A stretch of DNA of 51,501 nucleotides from an uncultured Rhizobium sp. GTDB lineage: Bacteria; Bacteroidota; Bacteroidia; NS11-12g; UBA955. The translations under genes were made by a program, and so were the position numbers. The notes under the pieces were generated by a model that was not told the origin of the DNA, made no database searches, and saw only the letters and a list, made by a program, of their open reading frames with translations. The stretch spans positions 1 through 51,501 of the forward strand of contig CAZYBT010000008.1 of NCBI GenBank assembly GCA_964645755.1, given 5' to 3'. Of the stretch, positions 38,383 to 46,414 are shown in pieces. Within the stretch, counting starts at the first letter, position 1; each line of letters starts with the position of its first letter.

Positions 38383-38940
38383 ATGACAACACTAAAAGAT
38401 AACATAATTCAGATTGTCGGCGAGAATCCGGATTTCTTAGACGATGTTTTGGTTCAATTTAAAAAAGTGACCTACTCAAATGATGATTTCATTATGAAAG
38501 AAGGTGAAATTTGTAAATCAGTTTTTTTTGTAGAAACTGGAATGTTGCATGTGACTACTTCTGATAAATTACAAAATGAGATTACTATTGATATCGTGAT
38601 CGATAATCAATGGTTTACAGACATCAATAGCTTCAAAACGGAATCATCGTCAATGCTCAACATCCGTGTAAAAAAAGGTTCAACGATTCATATACTCAGT
38701 AAAGATTCTTTTGATCAATTCATAGTGAAAGTTCCCAAATTTGCTGAAGCATATATGAAAATTATCGAACAAAAATTCTCTGAGTCAATGATGAGAATCA
38801 CATCATTTACAACCATGAACTCCAAGGAGAAAATCGAATGGCTTAGAAAATACAAACCTGAATTCTTTTTAAAATTAACAGACAAGCTCATTGCTTCTTA
38901 TCTGGGTATTTCTCATGAAACTTTTTCCAGACAGAAATAA
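38383..38940 (+). CDS. Crp/Fnr family transcriptional regulator
   Basis: ORF 38365..38940, which starts at TTG. I prefer ATG 38383. cNMP-binding-type barrel (FIMKEGEICKSVFFVETGMLHV). C-terminal HTH IASYLGISHETFSRQK. Confidence 0.7.
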   Translation: MTTLKDNIIQIVGENPDFLDDVLVQFKKVTYSNDDFIMKEGEICKSVFFVETGMLHVTTSDKLQNEITIDIVIDNQWFTDINSFKTESSSMLNIRVKKGSTIHILSKDSFDQFIVKVPKFAEAYMKIIEQKFSESMMRITSFTTMNSKEKIEWLRKYKPEFFLKLTDKLIASYLGISHETFSRQK

Positions 38941-38945
38941 GCTCT

Positions 38946-38969
38946 AAAAATTGACATAAATCAATTTTT
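38946..38969. promoter_or_regulatory. FNR/CRP-type box TTGAC-ATAA-ATCAA inside a perfect 9-bp inverted repeat
   Basis: aaaaattga-cataaa-tcaattttt. The core at 38951-38964 matches 9 of 10 consensus positions of TTGAT-N4-ATCAA. A -7 box (TAGTTTTG) lies at 38987-38994. The box centre (38957.5) is about 41.5 nt upstream of the start that this -7 box implies. Confidence 0.45.
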
Positions 38970-38991
38970 AAAAACACTTCACGGTGTAGTT

Positions 38992-41376
38992 TTGCGAACC
39001 GTGAAATCGCCTATCTATATATTCATATTTGTTGCATTTTTTATTTTTGGTGATGCCAATGCACAACATGCAAATTTTGGGAAATTCTCAGGAAAAATCG
39101 TTGACAATAATAATCGATTACCCATTTCTCATGTAGTAATTTCAATCCTTGGAACTGAAATGAGTGTACAAACTGATTCACTCGGTGAGTTTGTTTTTGA
39201 TTCATTGGAAGTTCGTGTTTATTCAATTATTGCGCAGCATCCAGATTATGTTTCCGAAATATACACAGATGTCCGAATTATCCAAAATAAAACAACATCC
39301 CGAGAAATCTTGTTGAACAGCTCAATTGAGTCCAGCAAATCTGTTGATATTAAAACATTTAAATTCGAAAACAGTCGAAGCACACCCATTTCAACTTACA
39401 ATTTTTCAAGGGAGGAAATCAATTTAAATCCGGGCTCGCAAGGAGATATATTTCGCGCCATTGGAATGTTACCGGGTGTTTCAAGTAGCGGAGGAATATA
39501 TTCCGCAATTTCGGTTAGAGGACAAGGTGTTCGAGACAATGTATACATGGTAGATGATATTCCATTAACCGAAGTTGGACATTTAGAAGGAAATAGTTTT
39601 TTCAACGATCCCAATGGAGGAAGATTTAGCATTTTTGCTCCAAGGGTCATTGATCATGCTCAATTTCAAGGTGGTGGTTTTGGTGCAGATTTCGGCCGAA
39701 GAAGCGCTTCGTCTTTGGGTCTTTTCATCAAAGAAGGCAATGGCAAAAATGCCATCATTGATGGTCAAGTAGATTTATTGGGTATCACTCTGAATTACGA
39801 CGGCCCAATTAAATTTCATAAGAAAACAAATATTTTCTTATCCGCCAGATATCAAAATTTCTATGGGCTGGTGAATTTAATAGGTTTGAAAGATATCGGA
39901 TTGCCCATATACGGAGACCTCATTTTTAAATCTACAACACAGCTTTCACAAAAACACAAACTTTCGTTTTTAGCCATGATTTGTCCTGAAAGTTTTGTGA
40001 GGGACATTGACAATGTTTACGCTGATAAAAAGTTAAACCTTTTGTATTTGCCAAATTTCAAAAGAAATAAGGTTGTATTAGGATTGAATTTAATGTCCCT
40101 CATGAGCAAAAAAAGTTACATAAAACATGTTCTATATTACACTTCGTTTACCTCGGATATGATTGTTGGGAAAGCATATCCGGAAACCGACAGTGCAGGA
40201 AACTTAATGAATCGCGAGATATTTTACAGATCGAACATTCAAACTCAAAATTATAACGAAAACAAATGGGGAATTCGTTCCATATACACCAAAAACTTCA
40301 GCAATAGCAGCAAACTCATTTTGGGATTAGAAGCAGACTTATTGGAATTAAAAAATGACCGTATTTTTCATCAAAACGACACAAATTATGTTTACCGAAA
40401 GACGGATGTGATAAACCAAAATGAACAATATCAAGTCATTTATCCGTCGATGGTAAATGCAACATTCCGTGGTTGGAGCAAGAATGTATCTGGGTTTGCA
40501 AATTATTCCTTTATAATTGGACAAAAACTTTCATTAAATGCAAGTCTAAGATATGATTTCACTGGTTTTTCGGAGCAACATTCAATTTCACCGAGACTGA
40601 GCGGTAGTTATTTTTTTGGTGAAAAATCATCAATCAATTGGGGGTATGGCCTATATTTCCAAGATCCTGTTTATTCAGATTTTGCGGATCAACCCAAAGG
40701 AGAAACCTTAAAAATGGAAAAGGTTACACAGTATATTTTGGGATTTAGGCGAAATATTCGTGCAGACTTAAAATTCACCATTGAAATTTGGTACAAAGAT
40801 TTCCAAAATATGGTGACGACCCCCATTACGGGAACCGTCTTAAAAAACAACAATGGAACAGGAACGGGCAAAGGACTTGATATTAGCTTGACCAAACGCT
40901 TGTTGAAAAAGTTTCATGGGCAGTTGAGCTATTCATGGATGGAAACCATGCGTAACGATCACGATGAAAATGGAACATATCAATTTGCATTTAGTCAACC
41001 CCATCAATTTAATTTGATGCTCAGTTACAAAGCCAGCGAAAAATTCACATTTTCCATGAGATACCGCTATGCCACTGGCAAACCTAAAGACAATTTTTTG
41101 ATTCATGAAAATGTATTAGCTGGTAGTCAGTCCATGCGATATTCTAAAGAAATCATTGGTAAAAATGAATTGCGGTTACCAGATTTTAACAGTTTGGATT
41201 TAAGGGCAAATTATCATTTTAAATTTAAATCTTCGGCAATCACCATTTTTATGGATATTGTAAATGTATCAAACAAACAGATACCAAATAATGAAAGCTT
41301 TAATTATTTGACTGGTCAAAACTATTACGACGGTTTGGCAATTTTCCCTACTGGCGGAATGAAATTTGAATTTTAA
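38992..41376 (+). CDS. TonB-dependent receptor with N-terminal carboxypeptidase-regulatory-like domain
   Basis: 794 aa with a signal peptide. CarbopepD_reg-like GKIVDNNNRLPISHVVISILGTEMSVQTDSLGEFVF. Plug motif GSQGDIFRAIGMLPGVSS. C-terminal beta-barrel ending GGMKFEF. The start may be TTG 38992 or GTG 39001. Confidence 0.85.
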   Translation: MRTVKSPIYIFIFVAFFIFGDANAQHANFGKFSGKIVDNNNRLPISHVVISILGTEMSVQTDSLGEFVFDSLEVRVYSIIAQHPDYVSEIYTDVRIIQNKTTSREILLNSSIESSKSVDIKTFKFENSRSTPISTYNFSREEINLNPGSQGDIFRAIGMLPGVSSSGGIYSAISVRGQGVRDNVYMVDDIPLTEVGHLEGNSFFNDPNGGRFSIFAPRVIDHAQFQGGGFGADFGRRSASSLGLFIKEGNGKNAIIDGQVDLLGITLNYDGPIKFHKKTNIFLSARYQNFYGLVNLIGLKDIGLPIYGDLIFKSTTQLSQKHKLSFLAMICPESFVRDIDNVYADKKLNLLYLPNFKRNKVVLGLNLMSLMSKKSYIKHVLYYTSFTSDMIVGKAYPETDSAGNLMNREIFYRSNIQTQNYNENKWGIRSIYTKNFSNSSKLILGLEADLLELKNDRIFHQNDTNYVYRKTDVINQNEQYQVIYPSMVNATFRGWSKNVSGFANYSFIIGQKLSLNASLRYDFTGFSEQHSISPRLSGSYFFGEKSSINWGYGLYFQDPVYSDFADQPKGETLKMEKVTQYILGFRRNIRADLKFTIEIWYKDFQNMVTTPITGTVLKNNNGTGTGKGLDISLTKRLLKKFHGQLSYSWMETMRNDHDENGTYQFAFSQPHQFNLMLSYKASEKFTFSMRYRYATGKPKDNFLIHENVLAGSQSMRYSKEIIGKNELRLPDFNSLDLRANYHFKFKSSAITIFMDIVNVSNKQIPNNESFNYLTGQNYYDGLAIFPTGGMKFEF

Positions 41377-41436
41377 TTTTTTTTCTACGCCAATAACTAA
41401 ATAAATTGTTTAGATTCGTTCACAACAACATCAATC

Positions 41437-41859
41437 ATGGCCACAATCAATCCCCACATCAATTTTAATGGAAACGCCCTAGAGGCATTTGAATTTTACA
41501 GATCCGTTTTTGGCGGTGAATTTTCGAAAGTAGTCCGTTTTAAAGATATGGTTAATGCTGGTTATCCGATTCCGGAAGAGGAATTTGATAAAATCATGCA
41601 CATTTCATTGCCAATTGGAAATTGCTGTTCCATCATGGGAAACGATGTTCCTGCGATTATGGGAACAACCAACGAAAATGAAAATCGCAGTAAAATTGTG
41701 GTCAAAACCGACAGCCGAGAAGAGGCGGATCATATTTTTGGGGGACTTTCGATTGGTGGTCAAATTGAGATGCCAATACAAGATAGTCCTTGGAACACCT
41801 ATTTTGGCATGTTCCGCGACAAATATGGAATCGAATGGATGATTGAGTTTGAAGCTTAA
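41437..41859 (+). CDS. VOC (glyoxalase/PhnB-like) family protein
   Basis: 140 aa. INPHINFNGNALEAFEFYRSVFGGEF ... FGMFRDKYGIEWMI is typical of the PhnB-like/3-demethylubiquinone-type VOC fold. Confidence 0.8.
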   Translation: MATINPHINFNGNALEAFEFYRSVFGGEFSKVVRFKDMVNAGYPIPEEEFDKIMHISLPIGNCCSIMGNDVPAIMGTTNENENRSKIVVKTDSREEADHIFGGLSIGGQIEMPIQDSPWNTYFGMFRDKYGIEWMIEFEA

Positions 41860-41871
41860 CCCAAACTCCCC

Positions 41872-42234
41872 TTAATCGCTGAATTGTCCAAATTGATTGA
41901 CAACTCCTATAAATCCCGTTTTGTATGCAGGTTTACGCTTCTCGTAAGGATCACAATTTCTTTCTTGGTATGCAAGTTTTGAATTAAAGGCGGCCACATA
42001 AACCCAACCTTCGTTTTTCAAAATTTCTCTTAGAAGGGTCTCTCTATCCTTTGCACTCATACTCCGAGAGGCCGTAGGCATTAGCACATACCCCGCTTTT
42101 CCTTTTCCGCCGTACATTTCAATAAAATTCAACAAGGTATAATCCGGAATTACATTGCTTGCATTGTTTCCATTTTTAGATCCACATCCCCACAAAAAAA
42201 GAACGATAAAAAGTGTCCATTTGTAATTTTTCAT
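41872..42234 (-). CDS. Hypothetical lipoprotein
   Basis: 120 aa with a lipobox (LFLWGCGS). No family recognised. Confidence 0.5.
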   Translation of the reverse strand: MKNYKWTLFIVLFLWGCGSKNGNNASNVIPDYTLLNFIEMYGGKGKAGYVLMPTASRSMSAKDRETLLREILKNEGWVYVAAFNSKLAYQERNCDPYEKRKPAYKTGFIGVVNQFGQFSD

Positions 42235-42504
42235 TTGATATCACAATGATAAACAATAATCTTAATATTGCTGCATTTTTATATCGAATCCAGATGTTTT
42301 TATTGGAAAATATCTTAAAACTGTACATTCAATGCGGTTTGATAAATTCAAATAAAAGAGTTCTGCAATTGAAACCATTCAATTTTGTTCCGTTGGCGAA
42401 TTCTATTTTAAATGAGACTTTTTTGTTGAATTTTACAGTCATTTTTTGATGGAATTGGCATATTTATTTGCAATAAAAGCAAATTTCAACTTATATTGCC
42501 GTTT

Positions 42505-43017
42505 ATGAAATTAAAAATATTCATCATTTCAATGCTTGCGCTACCGTTATTTTTTGCATGCAATGGCTCCAACAAATCTACTGAAATCACTGTAATTGAT
42601 ACGTTTACATTCGAAGGACCGCTGTATGAAGGCTCTAACCCTGCTCAATTGGTTTATCCTGTAGACTTAAAGGCCTTATTGGGAGATAAATATCACGAAG
42701 GTGTAAAAATTACCGACGCTACACTCTCAGCAGCTACTGTTTCTTCTGTTGATACAAATTCCTTGGATGGAATTTCATCGATGGTATTAAGCGTGGCATC
42801 AGACAATCCCGAACTTAAAATGTTATCGTTGGGGGTTATCAATCCTGTGGATCCAAAATCCAAAACAGCTTCACTCAAGCCTTCAGCGGAGTCTAACGCA
42901 GGCAAGTATTTCCAAGAAAAACAATATTACATTGTTTTAGACATTGGACTCAACAAAGACATTGAGGAGTCGATTCAACTCAAAGGAGAAATTAAATTCA
43001 CATTAAAACACAATTAA
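42505..43017 (+). CDS. Hypothetical lipoprotein
   Basis: ORF 42496..43017, which starts at TTG. I prefer ATG 42505 (MKLKIFIISMLALPLFFACNG, a lipobox). First gene of a tightly spaced three-gene plus-strand cluster. Confidence 0.55.
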   Translation: MKLKIFIISMLALPLFFACNGSNKSTEITVIDTFTFEGPLYEGSNPAQLVYPVDLKALLGDKYHEGVKITDATLSAATVSSVDTNSLDGISSMVLSVASDNPELKMLSLGVINPVDPKSKTASLKPSAESNAGKYFQEKQYYIVLDIGLNKDIEESIQLKGEIKFTLKHN

Positions 43018-43022
43018 CAAAT

Positions 43023-43487
43023 ATGAAAAAATTATTACTGATTGCAATTGCTGCATTCTTCGGCACCATTTTGAGTTCATTTGTTTACCAAGACAACGCT
43101 GGAGATAGACTTATTGGCGTTTGGGAGCCATCTAATGGAAGAGCACGCGTAAAAGTTGAAAAAATTGGTGCAAAATACTATGGAAAAATCGTTTGGCTTA
43201 AAGAATCGAACGATCCTGTTACAAAGCAACCAAAAACAGATAAAAACAACCCAGACCCAAGTCTTCAAAATGTACCGTTAAAAGGATACAGAATGTTGAA
43301 GGATTTTGTTTACTCAGGTAAAGACGAATGGAATGAAGGCACCATTTACGACCCTTTGAATGGCAGCACTTACAGCTGCACCATCAAAATGACCGATAAA
43401 AACACCCTCGAAATTCGCGGATATATTGGTGTTTCGGCACTGGGTAGAACCGATATTTGGAAGCGATTAGAAGTTAAGAAAAAATAA
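43023..43487 (+). CDS. DUF2147 domain-containing protein
   Basis: 154 aa with a signal peptide. GVWEPSNGRARVKVEKIGAKYYGKIVWLKE and GTIYDPLNGSTYSCTIKMTDKNTLEIRGYIGVSALGRTDIWKR match my recollection of DUF2147. Confidence 0.75.
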   Translation: MKKLLLIAIAAFFGTILSSFVYQDNAGDRLIGVWEPSNGRARVKVEKIGAKYYGKIVWLKESNDPVTKQPKTDKNNPDPSLQNVPLKGYRMLKDFVYSGKDEWNEGTIYDPLNGSTYSCTIKMTDKNTLEIRGYIGVSALGRTDIWKRLEVKKK

Positions 43488-43490
43488 CCC

Positions 43491-44627
43491 ATGACGCATT
43501 CTACATTTTTAAAGCGAGCTACACTTGTAGCTTGCTTTTCTTTTGCTTTGTGCTCGCAGTTAACTGCACAAACCGATACCGCTATTGGGCCTAAATCAAC
43601 CGAGGAAGAAGATTTTTCCATGTATGATGAAGTTGGGTTCGCGGATCAAGGGGCTAAACGATATTGCTCTCCTAAAATTGAGGGACTTAGCCCGGCAAAA
43701 TTGGTGAGCCTCGGATTCGACATCCAAGGTCCGTATAAAATGACGCTGGATACGTTTAACAACAATATCAATCAAGGTTCCCCAGAGAACAGCGGATCGG
43801 CAACCACCAGTGGTATGCGTTTTGCCTGCAATATCCCTGTAGTTTCAAAAACCTCTTTGGTTTGGCAGCTAGGCGCAAACTATTGGGAAAGCGGTTACAG
43901 CTTTAACAACAACGACGTTATCACAAAACCTGTTGTGTACGTAGAAAACCCAATGCTTCAATCACTTAGAAACAACGGTTTGCGTACATTGGGCATTAAC
44001 ACTACCATATTTAAGCCATTGAACGACAAGAATTTTTTATTGTTCCAGGGGTCTTCAGACTTGAGTGGCGATTATGACTGGAATTTGATGCCAACCAAGT
44101 ATTTGAAATACTCGGCAGCTCTAATTTACGGAAAACGTCCCTCAGAAAGAAAACAATGGGGATTTGGATTGTCGCGTACCTATAGAGCTGGAGAGTTGAA
44201 TTATATTCCAATTTTCTTATTCAACTACACCGACGCTGCCAATAAATGGGGTTCTGAAATCTTGTTTCCTGCCAGAGCACACGTGAGAAGAACCATCAAT
44301 TCTAGGAATATGTTATTTGCTGGGTATGAATTGGAGGGACAATCGTACAGGCTCTATCGAATGGAGAGCATTAGAAACCAAGATTTAGAAATCAGACGGG
44401 CCGAGATTCGTTTAAGATTGGTGTATGAATTTTCGTTGAAGGACTTCCTGTGGATGTCGGTTCAAGCTGGCTACAGAATCAATTATCGTTACGATGTTGA
44501 TCGTTTGAGCAATGGAAATGAAATATTACGAGCTTTCGGATTGCTTTCAAAAGAGCCTTATGTAATGCAAAATAAGTTGACCAACCCATTGTATTTCAAT
44601 GTGAGCATCAATTTGGTAAGTCCGTAA
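43491..44627 (+). CDS. Hypothetical secreted protein (possible outer-membrane beta-barrel)
   Basis: 378 aa with a signal peptide (LVACFSFALCSQLTAQ). Alternating-hydrophobicity strands with many aromatic residues. Starts 4 nt after the DUF2147 gene. Confidence 0.5.
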   Translation: MTHSTFLKRATLVACFSFALCSQLTAQTDTAIGPKSTEEEDFSMYDEVGFADQGAKRYCSPKIEGLSPAKLVSLGFDIQGPYKMTLDTFNNNINQGSPENSGSATTSGMRFACNIPVVSKTSLVWQLGANYWESGYSFNNNDVITKPVVYVENPMLQSLRNNGLRTLGINTTIFKPLNDKNFLLFQGSSDLSGDYDWNLMPTKYLKYSAALIYGKRPSERKQWGFGLSRTYRAGELNYIPIFLFNYTDAANKWGSEILFPARAHVRRTINSRNMLFAGYELEGQSYRLYRMESIRNQDLEIRRAEIRLRLVYEFSLKDFLWMSVQAGYRINYRYDVDRLSNGNEILRAFGLLSKEPYVMQNKLTNPLYFNVSINLVSP

Positions 44628-44783
44628 AAGGGATACCTCATAGATTTTACGTCACAACCACTGCGTATTCTCTGGAAAGCCGAAGGAATTTTAGAAAATT
44701 TATTTTAAGACAAGGTAACGGTGCTATCCTCATATTCAAAGGGCTAAATGAATCAGAAGTGATTTCTTACATGCAGACGCTTC

Positions 44784-44846
44784 CATTGTACCAACTCCAA
44801 AAAAACATCGAGTACTATACCCTCACAAAACAATTTTAAGGAATTG
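44784..44846 (+). repeat. 63-bp direct repeat, copy A (left flank of the antitoxin/partner cassette)
   Basis: cattgtaccaactccaaaaaaacatcgagtactataccctcacaaaacaattttaaggaattg. Identical to 46024-46086 except for one position (44839 a versus 46079 g). Confidence 0.95.
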
Positions 44847-44878
44847 AGGGATATTGGTTTCCAAAAATCCCTCAATTC
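44841..44878. terminator. Perfect 12-bp stem hairpin between convergent genes (possible bidirectional terminator)
   Basis: gaattgagggat (44841-52) and atccctcaattc (44867-78) with a 14-nt loop. Lies 21 nt beyond the stop of the 151-aa gene. There is no clean U-tract on the minus strand. On the plus strand a T-run follows about 20 nt after the stem. Confidence 0.4.
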
Positions 44879-44898
44879 ACATCTTATTCAATATTTTT

Positions 44899-45354
44899 TT
44901 ACTTACTTAATATTTGTAATTGCTTTCGATATTTCCATTTTACAGATTTAGAATTTTGAAAGCACGTAATTAATTCATTAAAAATTTCGAGTTTCATTTT
45001 GCCCCAAATTTCGAAATCACTGCCTTCATTAGGATAAATTTCATTCATCATGTCTACAGAATAATCATCTATTTGATGACCGTATAGATGTGTTTTAAAA
45101 TCAAATTTTTTACCACATTCTGTTACCATTTCATTTTCGGAAATTACAAAACAGTTCAAATTAATATCAGGAATATCAATGCATCCAATTTTAGTTAAAC
45201 TATCTTGGGGTATTGTATCTTTTCGGGTTGGCAAGGAAGCCAAAATAGTTTTGTTATCTGATAGATTTAATACAAGAAAATATTTCGGTTTAGCAGTATT
45301 CCCATTTTTGAAATAAAATGGATCAAAACGGATTATGTTCCTGATATCCAACAT
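44899..45354 (-). CDS. Unrecognised 151-aa protein; candidate toxin partner of the Panacea-type antitoxin
   Basis: Starts 2 nt after the stop of the upstream antitoxin-like gene. The N-terminal RFDPFYF..KPKYFLVLN...ASLPTRKD pattern is faintly reminiscent of the MazF/PemK barrel (DFDP...RPAVVLS...VPCTT). That resemblance is by eye only. Confidence 0.45.
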   Translation of the reverse strand: MLDIRNIIRFDPFYFKNGNTAKPKYFLVLNLSDNKTILASLPTRKDTIPQDSLTKIGCIDIPDINLNCFVISENEMVTECGKKFDFKTHLYGHQIDDYSVDMMNEIYPNEGSDFEIWGKMKLEIFNELITCFQNSKSVKWKYRKQLQILSK

Positions 45355-45356
45355 AA

Positions 45357-45932
45357 TCAGTGAGATTCAATGTAATCAGAATAAATTTTTAATTTTCGTT
45401 CATCATGGGCAATAATCATACTCATATCTATCAGATATTCAGTATTGTTGATCGATTCATTTTCCAACAATTCCAAAACAGAATTTTCTTTGGCAGTATT
45501 GAACCATGGAGAATTTACACGATGAGTGTATCCAACCAATTCTTTTGCAGTTCTATTGCCATACTTCTCCACAACATAGTCCATTAACTCAATTTCGTTT
45601 TCGGAAAATTCATCTTCACAAAAAGTTATCTTAGAGACAATATAACTTTCTTTTTTATCTGAATCAACTGAAATAAATTTATCCAACAATGTAATCTCTG
45701 AAGATAATTCAACAAACAATTCCTCAGAAACTGGACCAAATTTCCAAACTTTATACTTTAAATTCAACAATGGAATACCACTTTTTTTGATAGATATCTC
45801 ATCCAAAATGTAAAGTAACTTTAATAATTTGGTTTTTGAAAGATATTCAATCTTCTCAGCCAAGTAAACAATAGTATAACCAATTTTCTCAATTTGGTCA
45901 TGATTATATTTTACATACGGTACTGAGCTCAT
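45357..45932 (-). CDS. Panacea (DUF4065/SocA-like) domain antitoxin candidate
   Basis: 191 aa. SKTKLLKLLYILDEISIKKSGIPLLNLKYKVWKFGPVSEELF matches the DUF4065 core pattern (KLqKLLYyad......G.pl....f.AW.yGPV....y). Confidence 0.65.
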   Translation of the reverse strand: MSSVPYVKYNHDQIEKIGYTIVYLAEKIEYLSKTKLLKLLYILDEISIKKSGIPLLNLKYKVWKFGPVSEELFVELSSEITLLDKFISVDSDKKESYIVSKITFCEDEFSENEIELMDYVVEKYGNRTAKELVGYTHRVNSPWFNTAKENSVLELLENESINNTEYLIDMSMIIAHDERKLKIYSDYIESH

Positions 45933-45945
45933 GGTGAATAATATA

Positions 45946-45953
45946 CAAATTTA
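45946..45953 (-). promoter_or_regulatory. Candidate -7 box (TAAATTTG on the minus strand) for the antitoxin/partner operon
   Basis: Minus-strand reading is ...ggtcaTTGgtattattcaattgaaagctgTAAATTTGtatattattcaccATG. A TTG lies 21 nt upstream of the box, and the box ends 13 nt before ATG 45932. Confidence 0.4.
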
Positions 45954-46023
45954 CAGCTTTCAATTGAATAATACCAATGACCATTTTCATTACATGACAT
46001 GACTATTTGTAAAATCCCTAAAA

Positions 46024-46086
46024 CATTGTACCAACTCCAAAAAAACATCGAGTACTATACCCTCACAAAACAATTTTAGGGAATTG
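46024..46086 (+). repeat. 63-bp direct repeat, copy B (right flank of the cassette)
   Basis: 62/63 identical to 44784-44846. The two copies are 1240 bp apart, start to start. Confidence 0.95.
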
Positions 46087-46284
46087 TTAATTTTTCCTAA
46101 AATTCCGACGCGTTTATCCACTGTCAAAACCCATCAACATGGGCTTTAATTTATTTACTGGTTTATTCTCTTCGAGTATCGAAATTGGGTATATTTTGAA
46201 GATCCGATATTAGAATTTTGACAAACTTAGATGAAGCTAATTTCTGAGTAATTTTAACAATCACTTTATGTGCTCATTAAACAT

Positions 46285-46353
46285 ACTTTACATATTTTAA
46301 GCGTTTCACTTTACATATTTTAAGCGTTTCACTTTACATATTTTAAGCGTTTT
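46285..46353. repeat. Three tandem copies of a 23-bp unit (ACTTTACATATTTTAAGCGTTTC)
   Basis: Copies at 46285-46307, 46308-46330 and 46331-46353 (the last base of copy 3 is T, not C). Copy 3 runs directly into the left terminal inverted repeat of the IS3-family element. Confidence 0.9.
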
Positions 46354-46414
46354 ATAATACTCCCCAGTTGTTGGACCAAAGTTTAGTATTGCTAAGTTAA
46401 TATTTAAAATTGAA

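Noticed and set aside
44630-44839. An open frame (…ILIFKGLNESEVISYMQTLPLYQLQKNIEYYTLTKQF*) running into repeat copy A; the same C-terminal 16 codons are also readable in copy B
   Set aside because: There is no plausible start codon (the only ATG gives 22 aa) and no family resemblance. It could be a remnant of a disrupted gene, but I cannot support a feature call.
44784-46086. The 63-bp direct repeats as integron attC sites or as a tRNA-derived att site
   Set aside because: I could not find the RYYYAAC/GTTRRRY core pairs or the internal imperfect palindrome expected of attC. There is no integrase in the window, and the repeat does not fold or read like a tRNA 3' end. Their origin is left open in the findings.
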